Shown one piece after another: positions 1 through 11,677 of a stretch of DNA of 64,000 nucleotides. The stretch's first letter is position 1, and each line of letters begins with the position of its first letter. Source of the DNA: Anthoceros angustus (Eukaryota; Plantae; Anthocerotophyta); assembly GCA_010909165.1 (NCBI GenBank), contig VJWM01000019.1, positions 868,001 through 932,000 of the forward strand, given 5' to 3'. The translations under genes were made by a program, and so were the position numbers. A model generated the notes under the pieces. The model had not been told where the DNA came from and did no database searches. It worked only from the letters and a program-made list of their open reading frames with translations.

Positions 1-1115
1 GTATATTCACCGCCTAAATATTATGCCAGTTGTAGGCTTATCTTGAGGTCTGGCTGGACAGGGAGTATGTAGCATGAGAACTGGAACCAGATTTGTGGAG
101 CGCAGGTTAGATTGCCTAGATCTGCGGCATGTTTGATAAACTTTTTTTTTTGGACTGAGCTCACTATGGTGGGTATATGTGGCAGGGGAGTGGTGGATTG
201 AGGTGGCAGGGACGTGTTGGGTACGGGTGGCAAGGGGTGGCAAGGGAGTGGTGGATTGAGGTGGCAGGGAAGTGGTAGGCAGAGGTGGCAGGGTATGCAG
301 TTGGGTTTAGGTGGTCCTTGGTTCATTGTATTTCTAATCGCTGGTTCTTGATGGCTTTCATGGAACTCCCGAGGGAACCGCTGGATATGCACGGTGGTGG
401 AGTATCGAAGATCACCTTGTAGGATCACACGATCACAGCAGCCTGACACCTACAACCGGATCCGTGGAGGTGCGAGCTGCGACCGAGGGATCAAGCTTTA
501 GGGTTGTGCTCGGTTCTTTGGCTCGCTGTGGCAGGTACAAAGTTGGAGTCTAACAAATAGCTATGCTTTTGTTTAGGTGGTGCATGTAGCGTATGGCTTA
601 TTACCATCACCGCCAAATGGAGCCAAGGGCTAAGTAAACGTCGACAAAGAAGAACGCCAGCCTGTGCCCAGTACATAAGTCAAGCATCTTCTAGTGAAGC
701 TGGTGTTCAAGAGTTGTCGGGAAGGAGACTAACAAGGAAACTTGGTATTCCTCAAGTGCAGAGGTCAAACGAGGGGACCCATGCAGCACGAGAGGAAGGT
801 GGAGCAGAAGAGGATGCCACTACTGTGCAAGAAACTCAGGTGCCCAAACTTTAACCGTCTGCATGAAGTTTAGAGAGCGCGTAGCTATGGGTCATTGCTT
901 CGGTGTTAAGGAATGCTTGACGTCAGCAAGGTGATGTGGCTCGCAAATTAGGTCATCGCTTTCTAGAGCTTACAAGTGGATACACAGCAGAATGTCGTCA
1001 AGACATTATGGAGAAGTTTAGTAACCTACCATTGCTGAAGATGTTTTGACCAAGAGCTCGACAGGATGCCAAAGACAGCCAATTGGGAGCATTGTTGTTG
1101 AAGAATGTGCGTGAG

Positions 1116-4100
1116 TGTGGCGCGACTTTCGCTGACGGCCAGCCGGGCGCGCACAATTCCGTGTCGTTGTAGTAAGGAGTCCGTTCCCAAGAGAATGATA
1201 AGCTCCGCTGCTTCACCGATTCTCACCTTACTTTCCCGCTCAACTTTAACACACGCAATCGCTGCTTTGCGCCTAACTACTCATAACGCTCACCGAACAG
1301 CCCGTGTGGCCAAACGCTTAAGGACCCGCTTGTCAGATCGCTCACGCACGCCACTCTCCCTTTAGTCCGCTCTCATCACCTCACTACGCCATCAACCTTG
1401 GAAAAGAACGCAAGTGGCTACGCCCCGACCTCCTCCGTTGCTCAACCGGCCTCCGTCCGGCTCAGACGCCTCCCGAGTTCCTCCGCTCACACGCCCGGCC
1501 CGCTGACGCCGCCTGACGAACACGGGTCCCCGCCGCCTTCCCCGCACACACCACCACACGTTAGGGTCCGCTACTGTGACCTTGACGCCTCTCCGAGCTG
1601 CCGGCTCGCCATGACTCAGACTCACGTTAGCATGAAGACACACAAGGTCTGCAAGAAACGCGATCAACACCAAGAGAAGATGATTTATTCAGCCCTCAGC
1701 CTCTTATACTACGCCCAAGTCGGCGCTTTATTACACTCCTATTCGAGGGTGGCTACCAAGACGCCCTAATCGGCCGCCTACCATCCTATTCCTCCTCCTA
1801 TCTCCTTCGCTTGGTGGGCCTGGAAGGTCCTCGCCTCTTGGTGGTCCAATCTCCGTCCCGATAGCTGCGACCCAATCGGATGATCCGCGAGGCGGGACCC
1901 TTCCTCTTCCCGAATCCCGTGTACACGGGCGGCCCTGACGACCGCCACACACAACGCTCCCCCGCCCCCGAGGTCCCTCCTGTGAGGGGCCACCGACCGA
2001 TCGCCTCCCGTAAGCCTGAGGGGACTCCTCCGCTCGAGTCCGGACTCGAGGTCCGGCCTCGACTCCCGAGTCCGAACTGGAGTCTCTTTCCCGAGTCCGG
2101 CCTCACGGGTCCGGTCTCATCTCGGGGTTCTGACCTCGTGGTCCGATCTTATTACACGGGTCCGTCCCCAAGCTCCGACTTTATCTCGCGGGACCACCCA
2201 TCGCTAGGCCCTCATCTACCCACCCACCCTTGTCTTGGGTCGGGTTGATTTTCTCCTTCCGCGCCTTTCTGTGGCCCCCATCTCTATCCTCCCGGACAGT
2301 GTGGACTTACCCCGAGGTCCGCTGTATTGGCTGCCCCGCCTCCTCCCGAGGCTCTTCTCCTCACGCTGCCTCCAAACAGGCCACTAGGGTCCCTGCGCCC
2401 CATGTCCTTCATCCCTTCCTCGAGCCTTCCGGGTCCGCCCGCTGTAGCGCGGCGCCGAGAGGCTTCCAATGCCTTAAGGAGCTCGTAGTAGGCAAAATCC
2501 GAGTCAATTTGGATTGCCTCTTCCACATGTGCCCGAGCACCCGATACCTTTCGCCATTGGTGCTCCGGAGCCGAGCGGGTCCGCTTTGGCTGGACCATCT
2601 CGCCAGTTTGATACCGAGCCGGCCGACCTCGAGGCCACAAGGGACGCCACCTCCTGCAACCGCCGCTGCCCGCCCAGCCCCGCTGCTTCCGCCTCCGCCA
2701 TGCCATAACGCAGCCCCTTCCGCCTTCCTTAATCGACCAGTTTTTTCAAGGCCCCAAGGTTTCGCCTCCCCTGCTCATCCCGGCCTTTAGCTCCATCTCC
2801 TCTAGACGGCCGCAACTCGCCTGATCATGGCTTCCCTGTGTCCTTCTCCATTTCGACGCCCCGCCTGCTCCATCGCCTTACCTCCTCCGTCCGCCAATGT
2901 AGCCGGAGCCGCTTATCTCGCTCGTGATCCGTGATCACGCCCGCAGACATTCCCCGCCTAATGGTAACTTGAGCCGCAGCCTGTGGTCTCTTGCGTCTTC
3001 CATCTCCGCCATTGCTCCACCTCACGAATCGAGTCCCGAGATCCTCCATCTCCTTGTCGCGGCTTCCTTCTCGCATGGCCCGCACTGCCCGCCGCCTCCG
3101 CCTGCCTTCAGTTAGCCGCAGCTATCCCCGCCTCCTCCACCGGCTTCGATCACGCCGATAGTGATCGCGGCCTGCCTTAGCCGCCTCCCTGCCGCTTCAC
3201 TGGGCGTCCACCGCCTCACCCAGTCGCGAGCCTTCTTCGCCGGCCTCCTCCGCCTCCTTCGCTACCCTCTCCGCAGAGGTCTTCACCGCTGGCCTCCTCA
3301 GGCTCGCTCACCGCCACCCACTGAAGAATTTAGTCCGTCCGCCGAATGGACCAGATTTCGGCCTCCCGCTTCCTTCTTCGATGCGGCCGAGAGCTTCGCC
3401 TCCGCCTCCCCGGGCCCCCAATTGCTCCCCGGAGGAGCACCATGCGCCTCCTGGCTTCCACCGGGGTCTTCTACGTCCCCAGAGACCCTAGCATACCGCC
3501 ATAGCTGACCCGCCGTGTCTCTTCCACGGCCGCCATTGGTGAGGCCCCCAAAAGTCCGAGGGAGCGGCATCTCACGGTCCGCCAAGGACCTCCATACCGC
3601 AGCCGAGTAAGTCCGGCCGGGTTCTCCTGACCTAATCAGTCCCTTAGGTCCCGATTGCCGAGGTCCCGAGCTCACCTCCTTGGCCCTCTTGGCCGCCAAA
3701 TTTTATTCGCCTCTTCGTCCCGGGGCCCTGAGGTGAGGGGTTCGAGCCGACCCTTGCCTCCCGGCCGGGCATGTGACCGGCCGGGTTGTTGCCTGACCTC
3801 CGCCTCCTGAGCGCCTCTTCGCCTTCTCACCGCCTTCGCCTCTTTACCTGGGTGGGCAGGCATGCACGAGTGGCCGGCGGGCACTCCGCCTTTTGCCCGC
3901 GAGTCTGCCGGGCTCATCGGCCGCTGGGGCCGGTGGTCAGCCGAGCCGGGCCGCCTGCCGCAGACTGCCCGGGGCACCAAGAGGAGGGAAGGGATATCTT
4001 CCCACACTTCCCTAGGTGGTGAGGGGTCCGCCTGCACGTATGGAGTCCGATCCTCCCGCCTCCTCCCGACTGCTTGGCCCTAGGGGTCGGGCCTCTACCC

Positions 4101-5352
4101 TGCGCCTTGCCCGCCTCTCGTAGGGCCGCCAACCCTTCCGAGCGCCCGCCTCTTCCCCATCCTTCAGAGGTCGAATGTCCCCACACATGGATCGTATGGG
4201 ATAGTCCCGACGGAGGTGGCTCGCCTCACCAGGGCCTCGCCGAACCTCAAGATGATCCTTCCCCTTCTCGCTTGCAGCAGCATGCTGAACACTAAATTAT
4301 CACCAAGGTGATCCACCTTGGTGAGCAAGTTCCAGTGGACAATGATCCGGCCACGCCTCACCTCCCCGTCCAAGCAGTCCGACATCAACCACCGCTGGTT
4401 GTCCGCCGCTCCGGCTTCAAAGACGCCGCCGCCTATCTTTCCCCTCGCCTTGAGGGGCCGGACTACGCCCAATCTCCTCCGCGGCCAGAAGCCGCCTCAG
4501 ACCTCCAAGGTCCACCTCGATCCTCCCGAGGTTCTTGGATCGAACCTCCTTGTTGGTCACCGCTAACATCTTCCCGAACTCCTGACTAGGTGACATCACA
4601 AATGTCCAGATGAACACGCCTAGGTGCCACTCTTCGACCAATCCTCCGCCTCCTCCATCCAAAGTCCGGATAGCGCATAATGTTGCGCTTACTGTGTTCC
4701 ATGGCTCATACCGCAGCCTTTTGGGTCCCATCGCCTTTCTCCTTTCTCTCAGAGCGATTGTCCGAGATCGCCGCACGATGCGCCTCACGCTGTCACGCCC
4801 AACCCCAACGGTGAGCCGCTGCCAAGATGCCCGAGGCTCGGAGAGATAGCGCCAGAGTGGGTTGCGAGCGCAAGAGACGCGAGAATTGTCTCGAGGTCGC
4901 AGAGAAATGACCTCCTCGCCACCGCACTGCTGGGAGTAATCCATGAGGGTGCCCTTCCTCGTCCAGAATCGCCGAGGTCTGCATGGCTTACTCGCCTTAC
5001 GCCACGCCGCCCAGCTGCCGCAGCCGCTGGGCGTGAATACCGCTATAACCGGGCTACGGCCTGCCGCATGCCCGACCTCCATGTGGCCGCCACGCGCCCA
5101 CCGCCTTCACGACTCAACTTCTAAATTACGCGATTTATCCTGCTTTGACCCGGAGTGGGGTCCGGACTTATCCGATACCCCGCGCACCAGTAGCTCGTCA
5201 GTGGTACCGGGGTCCACACCACTCCGAGTCCGAGTACTCCGAGTACCCCGAGTCCCGTGCTTATTCCTCCTTTTCCCTTTATTTTACTTTCTGACCTACG
5301 AAAAACAAAACCCCAACTTATTTCCTAACCCCAAGGGAAGTCCGAGTCTACA
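1116..5352 (-). mobile_element. 4.2-kb TG..CA element with 5-bp TSD (giant solo-LTR-like), copy 1
   Basis: GTGAG at 1111-1115 and 5353-5357. Termini TGTGGCGCGACTTTC...GAAGTCCGAGTCTACA. Homologous end to end, inverted, to 32527-44963. Confidence 0.9.
1798..4731 (-). pseudogene. Frameshifted ~950-codon ORF of unknown function (globular N-terminus, coiled-coil middle, basic C-terminus) inside element copy 1
   Basis: Starts MGPKRLRYEPW. Peptide blocks shared with copy 2: WLMSD.LD...IVHWN.LTKVDHLGDNL, PREVWE.I..LLLVP, VWRSL.DREMP, RAHVEEAI, SRIIRL. Confidence 0.7.
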
Positions 5353-8300
5353 GTGAGGCTTGTACAAGTTTAAAGGATGTTCAAGTTGGTGACAAATTGC
5401 GGGCAAGGAACACCTTGTTCAACATTATCTTATCGAGGATATCCAAGGAAAGGGTCCGGTTTCGAGCCTTTCTCGGCACATAGGAGTGAGCAGGAGGCGA
5501 TCCATCAAGCTTTGAGCACCGTGCGTGGAGGATATGTTTCGTGCCGAGAACATGGTGTGGGCCGGAAGGAAAGCAAGGTCCGACATCCTTCCGCCTATGT
5601 GAAAGCAAGCATCGCCCGCTTTTGGGAATCGCGGCCCTTCACAAACACAAAGATACCAAGCGCCGCGACAGCCTAAAACCTTCATCACCCACATCACGCA
5701 CTTTCTTGACATGTCGCAAGCACGCTTTTGGGTCATGGTCTTGTGCCTTTGTGTGATGCACAAATCCATGTTATTGCCGGTTGCCTTTTACATGCCGCTT
5801 GGGCATCTCCTTGTCGAGTGTGTGTGAATGCCTAGTGTACATGTTGATTGTAACCTTAGTTGGCCATCCGCTTGGGGACATGATGTAAAAATTTGGTGCC
5901 GCACCGGTTCATTTGAGGTGTAGCATTGCATGTACCAAGTCGTAATAGAGGCTCGCCTGCAAAGTGGGTTTGTAAGCTTTTGACTCATTTCACCGTGTGT
6001 AATGCTTAGTGTAGATGTTGCTCCCGAACTTCAATTAGGCATCCGCTTGGGGCCTTGTGGGCAAATTGTGGCACCGGTGTTCAAGTTCATCCGAGGTGTG
6101 GCGGATCGCATGTGTGTCGGTGAATTCTACTTGCGCTTTTGTGAGGAACACCCAACATTCAAGTAGGGCACGAGCTTTGAGAAGTTGAAGCCATTTTTGT
6201 GAAGAGCTGCAGGAGCGTAATCTTTGTTGTTGCTTGGTATCATGTGGAGATGGCCTTTTGAAGGATGCGTTGAATGGCCTCCGTGGACTCTCTCTCGTGT
6301 CCATCCCCGTGGTCTTTGCCATTGTTCTTGTGAGGTCATGCTTTGCCAGTACATCTCCCATTGTTTGTAATGCTCCTCCACATGTGTGGCTGGTGAGGCT
6401 GCTTTGTCAAAGTGCTCTTTGTGCGAAGGCTGATGCAGATTGGCATGCTCGCATGTCCGCAAGGCACTTGTGTCCTATGTGGGGTGAATAAGCTTAAGTT
6501 CATCTGGAGACTTCTATAAATGTTCACCTAATGCTCTTCTAAAATGGAGATGCTTCCAATACCAAGTTGTGGGCAAGGATGTGGATGGGCGGATAAGAAA
6601 CGGATCAAACTTGTCTTCATGGAGACACATCCAGAATTTGTTGAGTTCTTCAAGGGCAAGTTGAAGGATTTCATTCTCCATGACTTTGTTCAACGATGGC
6701 GGAGTTCCATGCATTGCAGAGTGGTTTCCATCGATGTGGTTGTTGTCTGGCTATGGATTTTCTCGAATTACGCATTTGGAGTCCAAGATGAAATCCACCA
6801 TGCATTGGCGTAATGACCGTGTTTCCATCCTCGCTCGTTTTCACAGCGCAATGGCCCCTAGATGCCGACAACCCCGCGCAAACATTCGAAATACTACCAC
6901 TTCTACATCGCTGACGACCTTGTGCATGACACGCTCTTCGCTCAACACTGCTTGATGAAGCATTGGTGGATGTTGGATCTGTGGTTCCCAAGACCTCGGG
7001 AGCATTGGTCGATGGAGCAGCAAGTCAATTCAAGGCATGTCGACCTTCATACTTCATCTCCGGTACCCTAGCTTGACAGTGGCGCAACATCGTGGTCATA
7101 CTTTGGGAGTGGCCATGGCAAGGGAGCATGATGGTGCGGTGCTATTTTGAAGAGAGCCCTTAGAGTCAGCAGAGTCCTCTCCCACGGCGGAGGTTGCAAA
7201 ATGCACGATGTTGTCCAAGACTGCAAGAACACATTTCTGCCGCGCAGAAGCTCTTATGCATCCGGGCAGCATGGAGTGCATAGAAGTTTCGCTTATTGGC
7301 AAGGATGAGGTGAATCGGAGGGTGAAATATGCTTGTGACCCCATACCCGGGTCCAAGAAGATGCATAGCTGTATGGGGCTAGTGTGGCGATCCTGCAACG
7401 AAAATGCGCAGCTGCCTTGTTTTGTGCAGTGTATGGAAAGCAACCATGATGCTCAGAGAGTTCCTCACGCTTTTGGAATTTAGTTAAGATTAGACCACAT
7501 GCCGATGGTCCCGCCTCGGATTACCCGCACACCGGCACCTTTACTCCTGGACGCCTCCTTGTCACCGACGCCCCGATGATGAAGTGTGGATCTCGACGGC
7601 ACCTCTTGGAAGTCGGTGACAACTTCATGGTTTTTGCCAATAAAGAAGATGAGGGCCAAGAATTCTACCTTCAAGGTAATCGAGGTGAAGCACACGCTTA
7701 GCACAAGCCGATCACGCCTTGGAGCCGGTCACACATCGTCGGGTGTGGTGGTTGGTCGATTACATGTTGCGTAAGAATATTCTCGGTCTGCTATACCTTG
7801 CCTCTAGAGAACGCATGTTGTTCAACCAATGAGTTAGTCAAACTATGCAAGTTTGACATGGTCCACCATGAACAGGATGGTGACGAGTTGTTATACGTCC
7901 TATCATCGATGCTCAAGTAGTGGACTCCCTTGTGGAGGAGAGTAATCGTGATGATCGTTAGGGATCCTTAGGTTGTTTTGATGTGGAGTAAAGTCGTTGT
8001 TTTGGTGTGGAGTGTGCAAGTACCGTTGGCGGACGGAGATTGTTGGCATGTCATTCCGCTTATCGTTGTTTCCTTGATCCATGAAGATAGCTTGTTTTGT
8101 ATCCAATGATGATCCAATAATGCATGGTGCGGTATAAATTGAGATGCTGGTCGTGGGCACACGGTCATTTTCCAGCTCAGAGATATTGATGCTTTATAGA
8201 GCGGTGTAAGTTGTGTCCTTGAACCATGTAGATAATTTCCAACAATGAAATGCATCCGCAAGATGTGCCTGGTTTTTGCTCTTCACAGAGGTGCTCGCCA

Positions 8301-8465
8301 TTTGGCACATCAAAGTTTGAGGAGTGGAAACATGGTTCATCTTGAATTCAACTTCCTTGACCATACACGTGTGGTGGGGATGGAGGCATGTCAGCAAGGG
8401 TTGAACAAGAAGCGCCCTGCAGACAAGTATGGACGTGGCTTTATATAGAGTGGTATGTTCCCTTC

Positions 8466-9005
8466 AAGTTGGTTACATGTGCACTTGTACAGTTGTTCAC
8501 TTTTCTTGCCATGTGATCCTCGCATGTTCCCATGGTTACATGGGCACTTGTGCATGGCTCACTCTTCTTGCCTTGTGGTCCTGGCATGTTCCCGTTGTTA
8601 CATGGGCACTTGTATATGGCTCACTCTTGTTGCCTTGTGGTCCTAGCATGTTCCCATGGTTACATGGGCACTTGTACAATGGTTCACTTTTCCTGCCATG
8701 TGGTCGTGATATGTTCCCGTGGTTATATGGGCACTTATATGGGTGTGGCATGGTGTACTTTGCTATGTGGTCGTGGCATGGTGTACTTGTCTTGCCATGT
8801 GGTTACGGTCCCGTGGTTACATGGGCACTTGTGCATTGGTGTACTTGTGTGGTTACGGTCCGTGGTTACATGGGCACTTGTATATTGGTACTTGTCTTGC
8901 CATGTGGTTACGGTCCGTGGTTACATGGGCACTTGTATATTGGTGTACTTGTCTTGCCATGTGGTTACGGTCCCGTGGTTACATGGGCACTTGTATATTG
9001 CCATG
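8466..9005 (+). repeat. Minisatellite array with core GGTTACATGGGCACTTG (~55-62 bp units)
   Basis: About 9-10 visible copies of (C)ATGGGCACTTG with variable spacers. Produces spurious ORFs in all three + frames. Confidence 0.95.
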
Positions 9006-9187
9006 TGTGATCCGAGCTTGTTTTTCATGTTGCATTACATGGCTACTTCAACACTTGTTCGCATCATGTGTTTTGTGCGGTTGGGCACTTCACCACCGCA
9101 GTGTGTGGTAGCTTTCGTTTAGGGCTTTGCTTAAAGTCCATGCTTTGGCGTCCGTGACTATACCTTTTGTTTTGTAGGGCGCGTACG

Positions 9188-10050
9188 ATGGCTCATCCAT
9201 CACGGCAGGCACTCATCCGGCCATCACTCATCCTGACGGCTTTTAGAAGCCACATTGCCTCCACATGGCTTCGACAGCGGCTCTTTCGGCTCCGGAACCC
9301 ATCCTCCGCTCTGGACGGTCCTGCTGGTTCTTCGTGGTTTGGGAGTGCTTCACCTCCACCGTTAACTCTATAGACCACTTCTCCCACAATCCCTTCATCG
9401 TCAGGGATTGAGACCGGCATGATGCTTTCCGCTTTTCACTATCTTTGTTTGAATTGGAAGGGATATGGTGGATCCGCTAAGGTTTCAAAGAGGTCAGAGG
9501 GTGTGGTGATTCCACTCCCTGGGATGTCTCGAGTATATCCTTTGGACTGACACACCCCGCCCTCTATTGGGAGTTGGGCTTTCTTGTTGATCGAATTGTA
9601 ATGAAGAAGCGTTATCCTTGCCGCGGAACCGGGGATGGCGCAGATCCGAAGGATGCGGTGGAAGTGGGTGCCTAAGTCACCGCTCCAGCCGCAATGAGGA
9701 AATTTCAGTTCGAGCACGAGATCCAATGCATACCGAGGTCGGACGAGTTCAAGGGATGTATGAGTTTGAGGCAAGAATTCGCCATTGGTGCAGCTTTTGC
9801 ATTTACCCGAGCATCGACATTGTTGTCGGCGACCCGGAGGCTGGTGACATGGTCCGAGTCCCTCACGAGTAAGAGATTGGTTGTCCACATGCTAAGGGCA
9901 TTGTAATGTGACTAATCGGTTTGAGAAATTGAAGCAGGAGGCCCAGTGGTGGCAAAGTTTACTACAAGATGTGGTTCCAGTGCAAGTGATTTCGTTGAAG
10001 ACGAACTTCTTTCGGCTGGGAAGTTGGATTGAGAGGTGGCCAAGCCAGGC
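9188..10050 (+). pseudogene. Possible accessory ORF of the Sola element, unknown product
   Basis: ATG (MAHPSRQ) just after the array, followed by coding-like ORF fragments at 9167-9373 and 9694-9906. No recognisable domain. Confidence 0.3.
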
Positions 10051-10179
10051 TTAATGTCTAGATGTGAGCATCAGCACACCAGCCTGATTGGCATGTGAAG
10101 CAATTCTAGGTAGGCGGCTAGAATCGTTTCTAGGCTTCGACATTTTCGGACATAACGCTCTTGTGTGGGCTGCATACAA

Positions 10180-10230
10180 GGTTGTAGGTTGAAGTCCGTT
10201 GTAGGTTGTAGGTTGTAGGTTGTAGGTTGA
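10180..10230 (+). repeat. (GGTTGTA)n short tandem repeat
   Basis: About 6 copies directly visible. Confidence 0.9.
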
Positions 10231-11677
10231 AGTCTCAAAAACTTTCAGCTTCCAAACAGAGAGCTTGTTTACTTTGAAAGCTCCATACAAGTCTGCTTCT
10301 AGGTTTTGCATATGTGAATGTGCTCGAGGTGAAGGCATGTGTGTGAAAGCTTCCCGAGTAGTGGATGTGAAGCCGCTTGAGGGTTCGGTTCTAGCCTCTG
10401 CATAAAACCGACTTGCATCACACATCAAACATCATACAAAAGCATTTGAGCATCACAATCAAAGTAGACTTGGGCAATAGAAATCTTATTAGATACATGT
10501 CCGTAGTTTTCTCACCTTTCGACATCATGCCCATTCGAGGCAAACTTTACAATGCCCAAGGCCTCACTCACAAATTCAAAATCCATCCCACGAGCCATCT
10601 AGGCTTGCTTCCACGGGCATGATTCAATGAGAAGTAATCATCTCACCCTTTCAATGGTGGCCTTATGCACACGCTGGCCTTCGCCGCAACTTAAAGCCCG
10701 CGGTCTACCCTCGGTTCCACTTTATCGAGCACGAGCACCCTCGCACCACGGGTCCCGCCTTTGCACTCAATGGAAGCTATGGCGCCTTGCAGAATGGATG
10801 ATATTGTTGTGATGGAGGGACATGGAATCTCCAAGCCGAGCACGAACGCCAAGGGCGCCCTCTTTGCGCGGAGGTGAGTATCACCATCTAGCTATGATGA
10901 TTCACGCTTTTCAACTTGGTCAGTAAAGATTTGCATCGAATGGAACGGGCCAAGGCACGGCAGCAGAAGAAGGTGCGAGCTCTGGTTGGCCCCTATGCCA
11001 GCCTCTCCGCCGCACGTGGTGCGATGGACCGGAGGACAAGGTGCTCATGGATGACTCAAGCGAGCACGACACCGGCGTGGTAGACCGAGGCGCCTCGAGC
11101 GGAGCAACGGCCATCGTGCTTGCATATAGCATGTATGGTCGAGGCATGTCGGCAAGAGGGATGTGTGGCACACCGCTCGCTCATGGGTGTGCTATGCTTG
11201 GCGAGGCGGATGTATTCGGACTCTTCACAAATGGTCATTTTAACTGTTGTGCTTTTCATGCTTGGACAAAGACCGCCCGAGATGTGCACTTGTTTTTAGG
11301 CTGGCCTTGTGTAGCTAGCCATTCTTTTGAGGCAATGTAGCTCGTGTAGCTATGCGAGGCACACCGATTAACACCTGTAGGTGTTAATCGACAAATCCAA
11401 ATGCACATCTAGACAAGCAAGGCAAGTGTGAAGGGTCACAAGCGCACAACATTCCAATTGCCAATCAACACACCGAACTCACACACACAACATAGTTTGA
11501 ATCCATGTCACAACATCCGAGAGCTGGCATGTTTAACATGGTTCACCAAACTAAAACCATATCTCGTAGAAAATCGGAGGCATCCACAGCTAAATTGCCC
11601 ATTGTAGATGCTTCCACACCAGGTTGGGACTCCACACTCTCTGACAAGTCGTGGATAGCTTTGCTGCAATCCCTCTC

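Larger units (their letters stand above)
600..7800 (+). mobile_element. Sola-type (Sola2-like) DDD transposase gene, frameshifted in this assembly and interrupted by the 1116-5352 insertion
   Basis: Motifs read across frames: KYYHFYIADDLVHDTLFAQHC (~6890-6950), HWS-DGAASQFKAC (~7003-7040), WSYFGSGHGK-EHDGA-GAILKRA (~7092-7160), PIPGSKKMHS and LPCFV (~7340-7425), and Cys-rich LCAK..WH..C..G.C..CG (~6420-6485). The frame continues across the insertion site (LLKNVRE|ACTSLKDVQ). Start is approximate. Confidence 0.8.

Noticed and set aside
1-448. Pro-rich minus ORF with short repeats, possibly an LTR end (...CCTGACA at 448)
   Set aside because: Low complexity, and no partner end, TSD or PBS in the window to support a call.
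1116-5352. DIRS/tyrosine-recombinase or Polinton identity for the gene-bearing element
   Set aside because: A perfect 5-bp TSD with TG..CA ends does not fit DIRS (no TSD) or Polinton (6-bp TSD, long TIRs), and no YR or polB motifs were seen.
8429-9122. Three overlapping Cys/His/Trp-rich ORFs, and a CRISPR-like repeat/spacer look
   Set aside because: The spacers are related to each other (minisatellite), the context is eukaryotic, and there are no cas genes.
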